Source of the DNA: an uncultured Methanosarcinales archaeon
GTDB taxonomy: Archaea; Nanobdellota; Nanobdellia; Woesearchaeales; GW2011-AR15
DNA: 64,000 bases
NCBI GenBank assembly: GCA_964441565.1
Contig: CAYTWW010000003.1
Location: forward strand, 60,037 to 124,036
Direction of reading: 5' to 3'
The translations under genes were made by a program, and so were the position numbers. Below are positions 44,059 to 56,000 of this stretch, in pieces; within the stretch, counting starts at the first letter, position 1; each line of letters opens with the position of its first letter. The notes beneath the pieces were generated by a model. The model saw only the letters and a list, made by a program, of their open reading frames with translations, searched no databases and was not told the DNA's origin.

Positions 44059-47000
44059 TCATCTCAGTTCTGTGTAGAGGGCGACTGCCACTGTGTCAGG
44101 ACCTTTATAGTCCCTCAGGCCGGAAGGTATCCGGAACTCGAAATCATATTCCCCCAGCATGCCCTGGCCGTGAGCAGCCTCTGTGACGAAGACCACATCC
44201 TGCGTGCCGTCGAACTCTTCCCCGTCTGCGCTGTCCCAGAGTATGCCTGTCTGGAACTGGCTTGTGTTGGTCGAGTTGACGACTGGGACGGATGCGATCA
44301 GAGAGCCGAACACAACATATGTCTTCTGCTCCTTTATGCTGCCTGATGCAGTGTAGCTATTGTTTATCGAGTCAGAGTTGTTCTCTATCATCATAGCCTC
44401 ATCAAGCTGCCTGAAGTCTGCGAATGATTCAGCGCCGAGAGCTGTCCTTCCCAAGGCTACCAGATCTCCCCAGGATATGATGGAATCCTGGTCTGCTGCG
44501 AATATGTTTGTCCCTGTGAGGTTCTCGCTTGACCAGGAATAGACAGTGGATGTATTGTCCTTGATCAGGAGCGAGCCAGCCAGGTCGCCGTAGATCGTAT
44601 TGTAGCTGCCGACAATGACTGATGCGCTTTCCCAGTTGTCTGCCTCATCTATCTCGGGAATAGAGCCGCCTGTCTCGATATCAGGGTCGCATATCACGAA
44701 GATCTCGTAGGTGTTGGGGATGCCTGCGATGAATGATGTGTTGAGAGTCATGTTCTCATGGGGGAGGAGACTTATCGTGAAGTTCTGTATCTGTCTTCCC
44801 TCAGAGTAGTTTCCGTGGAAGAACTGGACAATGAGATCTGTTGCGCTCGATTCCCCTGAATTCCCTATCGTCGCATTGACAGAGATGTTAGAGCCTTCGG
44901 AAGCAGTTGAGGGAAGCGACATCGAGATGACATAGATGTCAGGGAGAGGGATCGTGAAATCCCATGTCAGGCTCGTGTTCCTGTTCCCGGCATTGTCGAT
45001 GCATGTCACATTCCAATGATGGACCTGGCTTGTCAGGACCTCGACTGATGCTGTGACTGGGACACCTGAGAGCACAGGGAGATCTATCTCTTCGGCTGAA
45101 TCATCGAGCGTGATATTGCAGAGCATCGAGCTCTGGTCAATGGCTGTGAAGTTGAGGACAGCTGTGCCATCTGATAAAGCGGCTCCATCATCTGGGCTTG
45201 AAAGGATTATAGATGGAGCGACAGTGTCAACATATATACTGACCACAGTGGAGTTCTTCCTGTTGCCTGCTGAGTCAGCTGCCTCAAGGATGATCTCATG
45301 CTCGCCGTCTCCCAAGGCGAGCAGGCTGGCTGCGACTATTGTGGAGGAAGCAGCTGTCCCCTCCCTGTTGATTGTCCCATCTGCATAGAACCTGTAGTCG
45401 AGCAGTGTGTCCATGTTGTCTGTTATATTGAAGCTTATCGTTGGTGTCGATGAGGCATGGCTGCTACTATCCTGTGTGAGGATCACTGGCTCCGGCTGGG
45501 CAAGATCGACGTATATGTCCCTCGGCTGCGATATGCCGAGGTTCCCAGATGTGTCGTAGCAGCTTATTTCCCAGACATGATGCCCTCCGAGCGATGTCGC
45601 GGTGAGGTTACTGATACCAGATGTCCAGATATCATCGGATGTGCTGTCCGGCGTGCCGTCTATGAGAAGGGAGCAGTTACCGATGCCTGTGTTGTCTGAC
45701 GCATTGAAGAAGAATGCCGGGCTTGGGATGTTTGTCCAGTTGCCTGCTGATGGTGAGATCAATGCAATGACAGGAGCTGTAGCGACTGTGAGAGTCCTCG
45801 ACGAAGATGGGCCGATGTTGCCAAGGTCATCTGCGCAGGTGACATTCCAGTCATGTACTCCATCTGACAGTCCTGACACTGTTGCCTGGTGGACTGAACC
45901 GCTCATTCCTGAGCTGGTGCGTTGGATATCAGTTGCATCAGATACTGTCAGGTAGCAGGACAGGAGGACAGGATAGGTGTCTGATGGTGTGTAGTTGAAT
46001 ATCACTGTCCCCTCTGAGACAGTCGCTCCTGCGCCTGGATAGCCCAGCGTGACAGACGGACCGATTGTGTCATGCGTGAGCCTGCGGACAGGGGGAGCGT
46101 ATGTGTTTGCATCAGAATCCAGGCAGCGCACTGTCCAGTTGTGCTCTCCTTCTGAGAGTCCTTCCATGAGGAATGAATTTGCCTGGCCATTCAGCGGGGC
46201 TGATGTGGACTGGTTGTCCTCCGAGTCGAACACCAATGTGCATGAGCTGAGATTGTAGGTATCATATGGCCTGTATGTCAGCAGGACAGAGGAGGTCCTG
46301 TTCCTGCTGTTGTCCTGAGGTGCCAGGAGAGCGACTGATGGCGGAGCCTCGACTGTGAAGAAGACAGGCTGCGTAGTGTTTGTGTTGTTCGCAGTGTCCC
46401 TGCATGCCACAGTCCAGTTGTAGGAGCCGTCTGTCAGGTTGACTGCAACGCTCCTTGCGGTATTGTTGGGTGCGCTGAGCGCGATGTCGTGACCTTCTGT
46501 CCTCACACTACAGACCATGCTTGCTGCGATGTTATCGAGGGCTGAGAAATTGAGCTGGAGCTCATTTGTCGAGATGACCTGGCCCTGCTGGGGAGCGGCA
46601 GCGATGATCTTCGGGTAGGTGGTATCTATCGTGAATGTGCGTTCCTCTGTGCTTGCTGAGAGGCTGTCAGTGTCAGTGGCGTTGATGTGCCAGGAGTAGA
46701 GTCCGTCAGCGAGCTGCGACAGCGAGAATGTGTTCTCGATCCCATTTTCCGGAGTCGTGTCAGTCTGGTTCAGTATTCCGCCCAGGGATAGCGTGGTGTT
46801 AGCAAGAGTGCCTGAATCGTGCGGCAAGTAGACCAGGTCGATAGCGCTCTGGTTGCTGAATGTGCCGGAATCAGGGGAGACTGCCGTCACAGTGGGAGCG
46901 CCTGACGAGATGAAGAGCCATTCGAGGCTCTTGTTGTAGTTTCCTGCATCATCACGGCATTCGACATACCAGTAGTGGTTCCCTTCCCCTGAGACTGTGA

Positions 47001-50000
47001 ATGAGCGTTCGATGACTGTCCCATCCGGTGCTGAGAAGTCAAGGTTCCCTGTCCTCACATTGTCCACTGACAGGTTGCATGTCATGACAGGGTCGAGGAC
47101 ATCAGACACAGTAAAGTTGAAGTACTGTGTCGAGCCTAGGATAGATGTGCCGTTCGGAGGACTGTGGAGGACGATCGACATAGGTGTCGAATCGACTGTG
47201 AATGCTCTTGATGCGGACTGCGTGAAGAGGCCGGTAGTGTCTGTGCAATTGACTGACCACTCGTAGGACCGTTCCTGAGGGACTTCCAGGTAGAAGACCG
47301 AGTTGGCGTTGTTTGTGATAGTCGCATTGCTCTTGTTGATCCTCCCGTCGACCAACAGCTCGCACTTGGTGAAGCCGGTGTTGTCGGCGGCGTGGTATGT
47401 GAGTGTGATGTCCTTCGCTGTCTGGGAGTAGCCGGATGCAGGGGACACGAGGGTCACCTGAGGTATAGCTGAGACATTCATGAGCCTCGACAGTGTCGTT
47501 GCTGAGTTCCCTGCTGGATCCCGGCAGGTTATGTTCCATTCTGAAGTGCCGTCCGGGAAGGATGTCACCCTGCTAGTATAGGTCGCATTGTTGACATTGA
47601 AGTCCGGATGGACCACTGTACCGTTGACTGTGATGTTACATGTGACTGATGTCGCCACATTATCGTATGGGGTGAAGTTGATCGCGACAGAAGGTGTGCC
47701 GCTGATGTAATGGTCTGCAGGAGCAGTGATGCTGATCGTGGGAGGAGTCATGTCCACGAAGAATGTGCGCTGGGCTGTGGTGTTAGTGAGTCCTGATGAA
47801 TCATTTACAGTCACAGACCACCTGTATCTTCCCTCTGCGATCGTCAGGTTGAAAGTCTCGTTAGCGGACAGGACGATGCCTGACCTGGTCTGGTTGAGCG
47901 AGGATCCTATGTAGAGAGAAGCTTCTGAGATCCCGAGATTGTCTGTCGCATTGAAGACAAGACTTATATCATTTGTAGTGAAGCGCATATTGTCCTGTGT
48001 CATGAGGACGACTCCTGGATAGAGGTCGAGGATCTCGAATGAAGTTGTTGAGCTTGTGTTGCGGTTGCCTGCATCATCGACACAGCTGATGTTGTAGCTG
48101 TGCGTGCCCACAGACATCGATGAGAATGTCCTCTGGATGAGCGTGTTGTTAGGTGTGACGATGGATTGCTGCACTGTCGAGTCGACTGTGACATTGCACA
48201 GGAGGGAACGGTCAATATTGTCGATGACTGTATAGTTGACCTGAACTGTGGAGGAATGGAAACCCTGGCCTTGATACGGCTGCTGGAGCGAGAAGTATGC
48301 CGGATGCCTGTCGACGATCACTGTCCTGTTCGCTGCAGATGCATGATTGCCGTCATCATCATATGCCAAGCAGTTCCATGTGAAGATCCCTTCAGGAAGC
48401 TGCACAGGGAAGGAAGCTGATCCTGAGAGCCCTGACAAGGATGCTGAGGAATTCGGGAGGAATGATCCGCTGAAATTCGCGTAGAGAGTGATGTTCTCAA
48501 GTCCCTGGTTGTCTGTCGCTGAGCAGTTGAACTCCACGGTCCCCTGGATTGTGGCAAAGTTCGACTGTGGTGATGAGAGTGTGACTGATGGAGGCACCAT
48601 GTTGGCATCTGCTATCGTTATGTTGATCTTTGTCGAATTCTTCTCTGACACAAATCCAGGATAGCTCAGAGGTGTGGCTATAGAGTAGAAGATGTGGCTC
48701 GTACCGTATGTGCCTGTGGCATTGACTGTCCAGGAGACCTGGCATGTGTCACCTGATCTCATGTCCATCAGGCACGACAGGTCAGATGGCTGCCTGGCGT
48801 TAGGCTCAAGGACATAGAATGGATAACCTGAGCCGACTGGGAGGATGCCCTTGAATCTCTCGATAGGCTGATATGCGGTGACTGAGAGCTGCCATTCGTC
48901 CCCGTAATATGGATAGCACTCTGCATCTATCACATTTCCGGAGCTGTCATCGCCTGCGGCAGTAGCCCATCTGTTGAACAAGGATTCGCCGCCTGTGTTC
49001 TCTGCGAAACCTATCTCAAGCGGATAGTAACGGTCGCGCTGCAGGGCGAGGGAACCTCCGCATGATGCGCAGACATTGTCCTGCCATGTCACGCCGTGGG
49101 CCCCATCATTGTAGACATTGACAGACCCGTTATGATATAGAATGGAACCGTCGTCGCTGCCTGTCTTGAAATATATGCTTGCTGAGAGGGGGGACTTGAA
49201 GTAGCACCATTCATTGAGCTTTATGTTCTCCACTGCTCCGCATACTCCGGCTCCTGAAGGTATCTCTCCATCCGGGTCACGGACATAGCATGTCACCTGG
49301 CTCGGAGTGAGATCCACGACATTGCCGCCTGATATCCCTGTGGCACCGACATAATCCCAGCCCGTCGTATGAGGAAGGAGTTCGGTCCCGTTGTGGGAGG
49401 GATCCATATAGATGTGGCAATCCAGCGAAGAGGATGCGCTGATGTTGATCTCTGCTATGCCTTCCAGTCCCGTTATCCAGCTGCCTGAGCTGGATCTTGC
49501 ATATCCATCCCATGGCACCTGCCTGCCTGCGCAGTACATGATTGTGCCGTTCTCATGCATGAGCCGCTGCTCAGGTATGCTGAACGAGACCAGGACATGA
49601 GTATCGTTCCTCTGAAGACCACGGCTCTCGACTATCCTGACATCTGATCTGTACCTGAAGTCCGGGGCATCCCAGGCGTCAGGATCTAGGCTTGCGTTGA
49701 TGCTTCCGCATTCCCCCCCGCTGCAGGAGAAGAGTGTCGTGAAATCGAAGTACTCGTTCTTCTCCACGTTCGTGTTGGCGACAGGATCTACAAGCGCAGA
49801 TGAGAAAGTGCCCCATGGGACATTCCACAGGACGCTTGATACTGTCATGCTTGCGTTGTTGTCTATGCAGGTGGCAGTCAGGTTGAAGTAGCCTGAGTCA
49901 TTCACCAGCACATCCGGATTGTCCAGGACAAAATACTCTGTCGAATCATCCGGCGTGCTCATGTCCAGGAGAGTACGGGTGTCTGGGATGTTTGTGAGAT

Positions 50001-53000
50001 TGAAGCCCACTTCTGCAGGCTGTCCGTCGACTTCTGTGGAATTTGCCCGAACAGCTGTGATCCTGTCGAGATATCCTATGCCAGAGCAGCTGCCCCATGC
50101 TGTAGAGTTCTCCTGGCACTGGATCAGAGATATGGCTGGAGGACGGTTGGAAAGGATGGATACGATCGATGAATTCACCTGCGGACCTGATAAGGACTGG
50201 TCCATCGGTCTTGCTCCGCATCTCCAGGTCTCAGCAAGGCTTGTGTTAGCTGAAGGCATGATGGCTGCTTGGGCGACTCCCGGTGATGCGGTGATACTTG
50301 CAATGCTGTAGATGATCCCATTCCTGTACCATGTCAGCTCTACGTCAAGCTCATCGCCGTTGTCATCACCTGCGGCGAATTCGCAGACCAGGTCATCGTC
50401 AGGTACAGGGAACGCTGGCAACAGGGTGATATTATGGATGAAAGGGGACCTGTCAGGGATGATCGTTATGTTGATATGGCTTGACTCTGTAGTGCCTAGA
50501 CCTGGATAGTCGATCGGAGTGAGGAGCATGAAGAACTCATGCACTGAGCCTTCTGCGCCTGTCGAATTGACTGACCACTCTGAGATGCATATGTCTCCTG
50601 CTGACATGTTGGAAAGGCAGGCAAGATCTGAAGGAGTGTGAGGATTCGAGTCTGTAGTGTAGAATGGCTGGGAGGTCTCCACAGGGATTATCGCCTTAGG
50701 TCCCTCCATCCCGCCGACAGCAACGTTGATGGTGAACTCGTCTCCCAGGAATGGATAGCATTCATCGCCGATGGAGTTGCCTGCGCCAGCGTCTCCGGAT
50801 GCGCCTGAGCAGCTTGTGGGATTGTAGTATGCGTGCATCTCATTCCCCCCTGTGTTCTCGTCATATTCTGCGCGCATCCTGTAGTATCTGCCCTTCTCGA
50901 ATGTGTAGGTGCCTGACCTGCAGGTTGTTCCCTGGCAGAAATGATTATTGACCACCTGCGTGCCTTCCACCCTGATCTCTGATCCGTCGTCTGAAGCTGT
51001 CGCCAGCACCTGCACGCCTGAGTCAGGCGCCTGGAAATAGCACCACATGTTATGGTAGAAGGTGTCCTGGTCTGCGCCACATGAGATGGCTGGGAAGCTC
51101 AAGTCTGCATACACTCCTGACATGTCCATGTTCGCTAGCGTTATGTCGCCGGATGTCCCGCAGGTGCCTGAATATGCATTGTCGCATGCGTATCCCCAGC
51201 CTGTCGAAACAGGGAGAAGCTCCAGCTCTCCGAAATCAGGGTCATGGTAGAGGAAGCATTCCTTTGATCCTGATGCCAGGAAGTCAAGCTCTGCAAGGGC
51301 TTCAAGGCGGGTGATAGATAGGCCTGATGTCTCGAGGGCATAGGCATCCATCCGCACCCTTGTCCCATTGCAATAGAAGACCGTCCGGTTCTCCTGGCTG
51401 AGAGGGAGGATACCTGGATCAAGCGATATGTTGAACCTGACATGCTCTGAAGTCCTTGCAAGACCTGCTGGCTCTGACAGCGTGATCAAGTGCCTGTAGC
51501 CATACCTGAGATCATCCCACGGCGCTGGCGGATCAAGTGTGGCATTGAAGCTTCCGCATTCCCCATCAAGACAGGAGATCCTTGCACTGAAGGTGAAGAA
51601 CCTGTCCTGCGTGGCGTTGTAGTCAGATGCTGGAGAGATGAGCTGTAAAGAGCATGTCCCCCAGGGCACATACCATGCAGAGGTGTTGGTCGCTGAGACT
51701 CCTCCCTCGTCTGTGCAGGTGACTGAGAGATTCCATGTTCCCGAATCATTTATCCTGATGTCAGGCGAATCCAACATGAATTGGCCAGTGGCATTGTCAT
51801 CTGTCGTGCCTGAGAAGAACGTGATGCGATCGTCAAGGTTCCCAAGCGAGAATGTGGCATTCCGGACAGTGCCATCTGGATCCCAGCAGCTGACGCGCAC
51901 ACGGGAGATGACATCTGAGAAACCGATGTTATCGCATGATGCCCAGACAGTGCTATCCTCCTCGCACTCGATGGACTGTATCTCCGGAGGTCTGCTGGCC
52001 AGTATCGTCCTCGCGCTTGAGTTCACAGCTGTCCCCCAATCTATACTGTCATAAGGGAGGACCTCGCAGATCCAGGCTTCTCCGACTGTGAGATTGCCTG
52101 TGCCAAGCTCTGCAGTCACGACTATTCCGTCATCCACATCAACCTCCTGGGTCTGATTGATCATGCCATCCTTGTACCAGTTGACACGGGCTGTGAGGAT
52201 GTCTGGATTCCTGTCTGTTATGATGAACTGGCATTGAAGAGGTGTCGTGAGAGAGGGCGCCTCAGGATTAAGCACAACCTGGCTTGCTACAGGGAGGGTG
52301 TTGTTGACAAGGAAGGGATAAGTGTGGTTCAATGGAACTCCTGAGCTTGACTGGAGGACCTCTCCAACATCATCCAGGAGAGCAGCATAGATGAGGTAGC
52401 TGCCTGCAGATGAACCGGCTGTGTCCCAAGGGACTGGGTTCCAGGATCCTGACAGCTGGAGAGCTGAGCCTGATGGGATGGAACTCAACTGGGAGGAAGA
52501 GAGATCATCGACGATCGTATCCACCAAGACAGGGGATCCGGTCCTGTTCTCAAGAAGCTGCATGAGCAGGTATCCAGAGATGTCTGTGCTCCCAGTGTTC
52601 TGGATGACTGAGGAATATGAAGTGCTTTCCTGGAGCTGCCCCTCCTGGACATGAGCATCCTCCATCACGCTGGCATAGAACTGCAGGGCATATGAATAAT
52701 CAGCATCCTCTGCTGTCGTCACATAGTAGAAGTTCGCGACCAGATAATCCTGGTTCGCGAGGAAGTCACTGCTTCCGCTATAGCCGTTCTCCCAGCCTGT
52801 CGAGTGCTCGGTCCCATCATACCAGTTGGGATGCATAGAAACGTTGACACCTGCTCCTGATGCGTTCCTGGCAAATTTCCTGACCACGGCGAAAGCATCT
52901 GTGGGAGCGCCTACGACACGATATGCAAGATAGCCGGATTCACGATCATGAGCACTGCTCCTGTCTGTCCTCTCAGAGGCGCCTGTACCATCCATGGTGT

Positions 53001-56000
53001 CTGTCTCTGTGTATCCAGGGTATGATCCTGTCACAAGGAAATTGCCTGATGCGATGTTGAGATCATCCCCGATCTGCATGCCTTCGCTGGCAGACATCCT
53101 GAAACCTTTGTATGAGCGGATCTCCCTGCTTCCCCTGTAGACATGATACGTGGTGTTGGCCTGGGAGACGTCTGTGAGGCTTGTTATCCCATCGACAAAT
53201 ATCGAGCATCGGACAGGGCCGCATGACCTGCTCCTGATAGTCGCTGTGAATGACTGGTCATCCCAGTGGTCTGTTGTCCTGAAATAGTTCCAATACCAGT
53301 TCTCTGTCACATCGAGCGAGCTTCCCTGCCTGCTCCTGATATCTTCGATGACTCCTGAATCATCCAGCGTGACAGAGAGGAATTCATTCGCGATGACTGT
53401 GCTGCCTGCGTTGAATGTGTGGTTGAATACCGGGCTTGTGTAGTTGGCTGCAGGCTTGGCTTCTGTGTCAAGATACAAGTGATATGTCCTATCTGATCCT
53501 GCGAGGGTTTCTTCATCCATGATCCAGATGAGCTGGACAACAGCATTCGTGCCCCAGTCTGTTGCTGGGAAGGTCGCGACCTGGAGCGGCACCTCGACAG
53601 GCGAATCGTCCCTCCACTCGATGAGCCTGAAGGAATCATTGTGGATCCCTGTGAGATATCTGCTGAGATTGATCGTGTATTCCACAGGGTAATCTGATCT
53701 GTTCGCTGACCCTGCAGAGACTGTCACCGGTATGCGGTATCTCCAAGAGTGGTCCCACCATATCGCCTCGTCTGATGCCAGGAGGACCTCAGTGTCTGCA
53801 TCATATGATGGATGTTCTGTCTTCAGGGAGAGGGACGCATTGCCTTCCACAAAGAAGTAAGGATCAAGGATCGTCTCTACTCCGAATGTGTCATTCGCGA
53901 GGATCGCGAAATAGTATGAGCCTATCTCCCATGGCCTGAAGAGGAAACTGAATATGTCCTGGCCTGCAGTGATCATGGTCTCTAACCAGTTCCTCCCTGA
54001 GGGCGATGTGATGTTTATGTGCACATCATCAAGACCATTTATGTCAGTGACGGTCGCTGTCAGGTTGATCCACTGGCCTGGACCTGTCAACTGATTGTCG
54101 GAGACATCTGTGATAACTGGCCCTGTTGTCTCGCCAGTCACATTAAAGCCTATAGTGACATTATGGATGCGCTGGGGAACCAGCCAGTCTCCCCTGTCGA
54201 GGCCGATCCTGTACTGGACATACCTGTTGGGTGGTATGGGAAGCGCCTGGTATGATTCACCTGAACAGGAGGGATCGTCGCAGCTCCTTATGCTGACGTT
54301 GGGCGCTGAGAGACCGCGCCTGTAGAGCTGGCTGACTTCTTCAGATGACAATGCGCGTCCCTTTATGATCATGATCTCGTCGAGGCTTCCTGCATATCTG
54401 GTCGCATAGTTCTCATTCAGGATGCCAATGGTCAGGTTCGATACTGTGTCTGGGATCGAAGCAGCGGTCTCAGATGCAGTGATGTCCAGAGTGCCATTGA
54501 CATAGACCTTAGCTCTCTGCGCTGATGCGAGCGTGCCATCATAGACTATCGCCACATGGTACCACCTGTTCGGTGAGAAGGCGGCATGTGTCGAGAAGCG
54601 GTTGTCATTGTTGACAAGGTCGACAAAAAGCCTGCTTCCGGTATAGAGGAAGATACTATAAGATGTCTGGGTGTTTATCCCCATACGCTTGGAAAGGATC
54701 GCCCTAGCAGAGCCGTCGACCAGCGAGGGATTCATCCAGAATGATATCGTCATCCTGTCTGTGCTGTCAAGGGTTGCGCTGTCAGGTATCCTTGCGTACG
54801 AGGTCGCTGCTCCTGAGAATGCTACCGAATGATTGAAGAGAGCTGATTGGCCATACGAGAGTGCGCCTGGTGCCGCAGCATGGTTGGATTGGCCGCTGGA
54901 ATCGATAAGTCCTCCTGACTGATCATCCATGTGCAGAAGAAGAGTGGCACCAGATGTGTCAGCTGGCTGTGAAAAACCGGCTTCTCCTGCCCCTGGCGCA
55001 GGAAGGTTGCATCTGTAGCAGATCTCCTGGGCGAGGGAGATGTTGTTCCATGTGGAGATTGCGCCTGTGTCAAACACAATGCTCTCGAATGATCCTGTCG
55101 ACGCATTGAGCTCGATGGCACGCCTGACTGTGTCATAGAAGACACCTGTCATCGTCCCGTTTGTCTGCGGATATCCGAATACAAGCTTGCCTGCTGCGAG
55201 GTATGTGAAATTATAGTCAGGATCTGCTGCGAAATACCATGGCCTTGCCTCTATGTATTCGCCGTCATCTATCAGTGCAGGGCCTAGTTGGTATAGTGCG
55301 GGAGCTATCTTAGGGACACTTGCAGAATATGAGATGGAAGAGCTGTTCTCAAGTCCATGCCATGTGAGCGTGGTGCGGGAATCCTCCTCTCTGACATCTG
55401 CGCCGCCATCATCCTCCACCTCGATCCCCGGGGGAAGGATCTCGGTGAATGAGAATGGTCCGGAGTCAGCTGAATATATCCTTGCCCTGACATGGAGGAG
55501 GGACTGCCATGGATCCAGGGCAAGGGGCGCTTCCCTGATGATATCATAAGGTATGCTTGAGCTGACCTCGAAAAAAGAGACGAAAGATTGGTCGACATCT
55601 GCTGCCGAGGCATGCATCGATACATGATATGTGCCTTCTCCCAGGGTCTCGTAGTAAAGACGGTATGTGCCTCTACCTATCCTTGTGAGATCCTCATGCG
55701 ATGAGATGTCGCCATCTGGAGTTGTGATATTCATCTGTATGATCGCGTCGTCTGAGAGATATCCTTTCGTATCGAGGACAAACACAAGTATCTCGGCCAT
55801 CTCCCCAGGCCGATATACAGGCCTTCCTGTGTTGAATGCAGCGACGCCTGCTTCTGCGAATGCAGGATCAGCAGGGCTGAGAGGGATTATGTATTCCTGG
55901 CCAGGGATGAGGTCGAGCACCTTCTCCCATGTGCCTACGCATGTCCTTGTGTCAAAGACATAGTCCTTGCATTTCAACAGCTCTGTCCCTGTCGCGACCG

